NCBI GenBank assembly: GCA_024641545.1
Contig: JAHECW010000001.1
Span: forward strand, 558-64,557
Direction of reading: 5' to 3'
From: Acidobacteriota bacterium
Lineage (GTDB): Bacteria > Acidobacteriota > Thermoanaerobaculia > Thermoanaerobaculales > Sulfomarinibacteraceae
Length of the DNA: 64,000 nucleotides
The translations under genes and the position numbers were made by a program. Below are positions 63,229 to 64,000 of this stretch, one piece after another (position 1 is the first letter of the stretch; each line of letters begins with the position of its first letter). The notes beneath the pieces are model-generated. The model was not told where the DNA came from. It saw only the letters and a program-made list of their open reading frames with translations, and made no database searches.

Positions 63229-64000
63229 TCACCGGGCCACCGATCCGACCCGGGCGTCTCGCCAGGGCGCCAGAAACTGCGCATCGCGCCAGTCCCACAC
63301 CCGCGACGGGTCCTGATCGACGCTGACCGGCGTCCAGTTCCACTCGTTGCTGGCCGCGGACAGAGCGCCGACCCCGTTGGCGCCGAGCGCCACGAGCGAG
63401 AGCGCTACCAGCACCGCCGCCTCGACCCGGAATCGCGCGACGCCCTTCGGACGATCCGATCGGGTTTTCTCCCAGCCGTGAATCGCGGCGAGCGCGACGA
63501 GGATCAACCATGGCGCCGCGTCGGTCATGAGCCGAGGGCCAAAGCCCTCGCCGCCCCACCAGATCGGGAAGCTCGCCACGACCAGGAGGTGGCCAAGAGC
63601 GGCGGTGGCGCCGACGATCGCGAGCGGCATGAGATCCGACCTCCGCCGGGCGCGGATCAGGAGATAGGCGATGGCGAGGAGATGGGGAAGAAAGATCAGC
63701 AGGCCCCGGCTCGGCGATACCAGATTGGCCGTCAGACCGGTGAAGAACTCGGGGCTCCCGAGCTTGGTCGGTCGGTAGTACGGGGGCAGGAGTCGTCCGT
63801 ACTGGAGCCACGAGACCGCGACGAAGACCGCCAGCCAACCGGCGGCGGTCGCCGCGTAGGGCGCCAGCGCCCGGCGGAATCGAAGCGCGAGGTAGAGGCC
63901 GATCGCCGCCGCCCCGATCGCCATGGTCGGCCGGGTGAAATAGGCCCAGCACATGATCGTGGCGAGCAGTGCCGGGCGGATTCTTCCGGCACCGGTCTCG
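63229..64000 (-). CDS. Polytopic membrane protein, probably the C-terminal part of a GT-C (GT39/PMT_2-like) glycosyltransferase; N-terminus lies beyond the window
   Basis: The frame stays open to position 64000 upstream of the ORF-track Met at 63954. NLVSPSRGLLIFLPHLL is typical of ArnT-like families. Confidence 0.5.
   Translation of the reverse strand, partial: ETGAGRIRPALLATIMCWAYFTRPTMAIGAAAIGLYLALRFRRALAPYAATAAGWLAVFVAVSWLQYGRLLPPYYRPTKLGSPEFFTGLTANLVSPSRGLLIFLPHLLAIAYLLIRARRRSDLMPLAIVGATAALGHLLVVASFPIWWGGEGFGPRLMTDAAPWLILVALAAIHGWEKTRSDRPKGVARFRVEAAVLVALSLVALGANGVGALSAASNEWNWTPVSVDQDPSRVWDWRDAQFLAPWRDARVGSVAR

Noticed and set aside
1-64000. Search for CRISPR arrays, tRNA/rRNA genes, IS elements, integrases and long inverted or direct repeats marking a mobile element.
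   Set aside because: I saw no regularly spaced repeats, no cloverleaf-like or rRNA-like segments in the intergenic regions, and no transposase or recombinase-like translation. This was a by-eye scan, so tRNAscan/Infernal and ISfinder searches are still advisable.

Overview
Visibly GC-rich chromosomal segment from a diderm bacterium (TonB-dependent receptors, TolC/RND efflux, lipoproteins); the taxon cannot be fixed from sequence alone. I count about 55 protein-coding genes. By eye I found no rRNA, tRNA, CRISPR array, transposase or integrase. Most long ORFs antisense to the calls below are GC-driven shadow frames. Layout: (1) 1-17.9 kb is a pectin/unsaturated-uronate utilisation locus: TRAP transporter, LacI regulator, TonB receptor, two GH28, kduI, kduD, a DUF4861-GH105 fusion, SDR, gnd, kdgK and AKR. 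Two LacI-type palindromes sit in its divergent promoter region. (2) 17.9-21.6 kb holds an ~850 bp gap with no convincing gene, followed by two large acidic, Cys/Trp-rich secreted proteins I cannot place in any family. (3) 21.8-27.9 kb is a cusCBA-type heavy-metal RND operon, followed by an acyl-CoA dehydrogenase. (4) 29.7-42.1 kb is the most unusual block. It contains two paralogous small secreted Cys proteins and a 1114-aa GH9-like multidomain protein. These sit next to an ECF sigma / FecR anti-sigma / STN-domain TonB transducer module, a GT39 (ArnT/PMT-like) glycosyltransferase and an Omp28-like thioredoxin-motif protein. Three of these secreted proteins end in the same short C-terminal tag, [IV]F[SE]DGFExGDxxxW. 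(5) 42.3-56.5 kb carries transporters and housekeeping-type genes: ArsB/YbiR-like, SSS symporter with a coupled mini-ORF, EamA, a long Fe-S U32 protein, an SRD5A-like protein, a ferritin-like protein, TerB, an orphan RsmH-like methyltransferase, and a secreted / LolA-like / glutaredoxin-like trio. (6) 56.5-59.5 kb is a translationally coupled operon that opens with an unusual GntR-HTH::PP2C(SpoIIE) fusion, followed by a YtrA-type GntR, an ABC ATPase and a membrane protein. (7) 59.5-62.2 kb appears somewhat lower in GC. It holds a stand-alone ComEC-type MBL-fold hydrolase with a coupled unknown 155-aa protein, divergent from a RES-Xre toxin-antitoxin pair that has tandem operator repeats. The best candidates for something undescribed are the C-terminal-tag cluster (4), the GntR-PP2C operon (6), the MBL/unknown cassette beside the TA (7) and the secreted protein pair (2). 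All functional readings of these four are inference and need database and structure searches.
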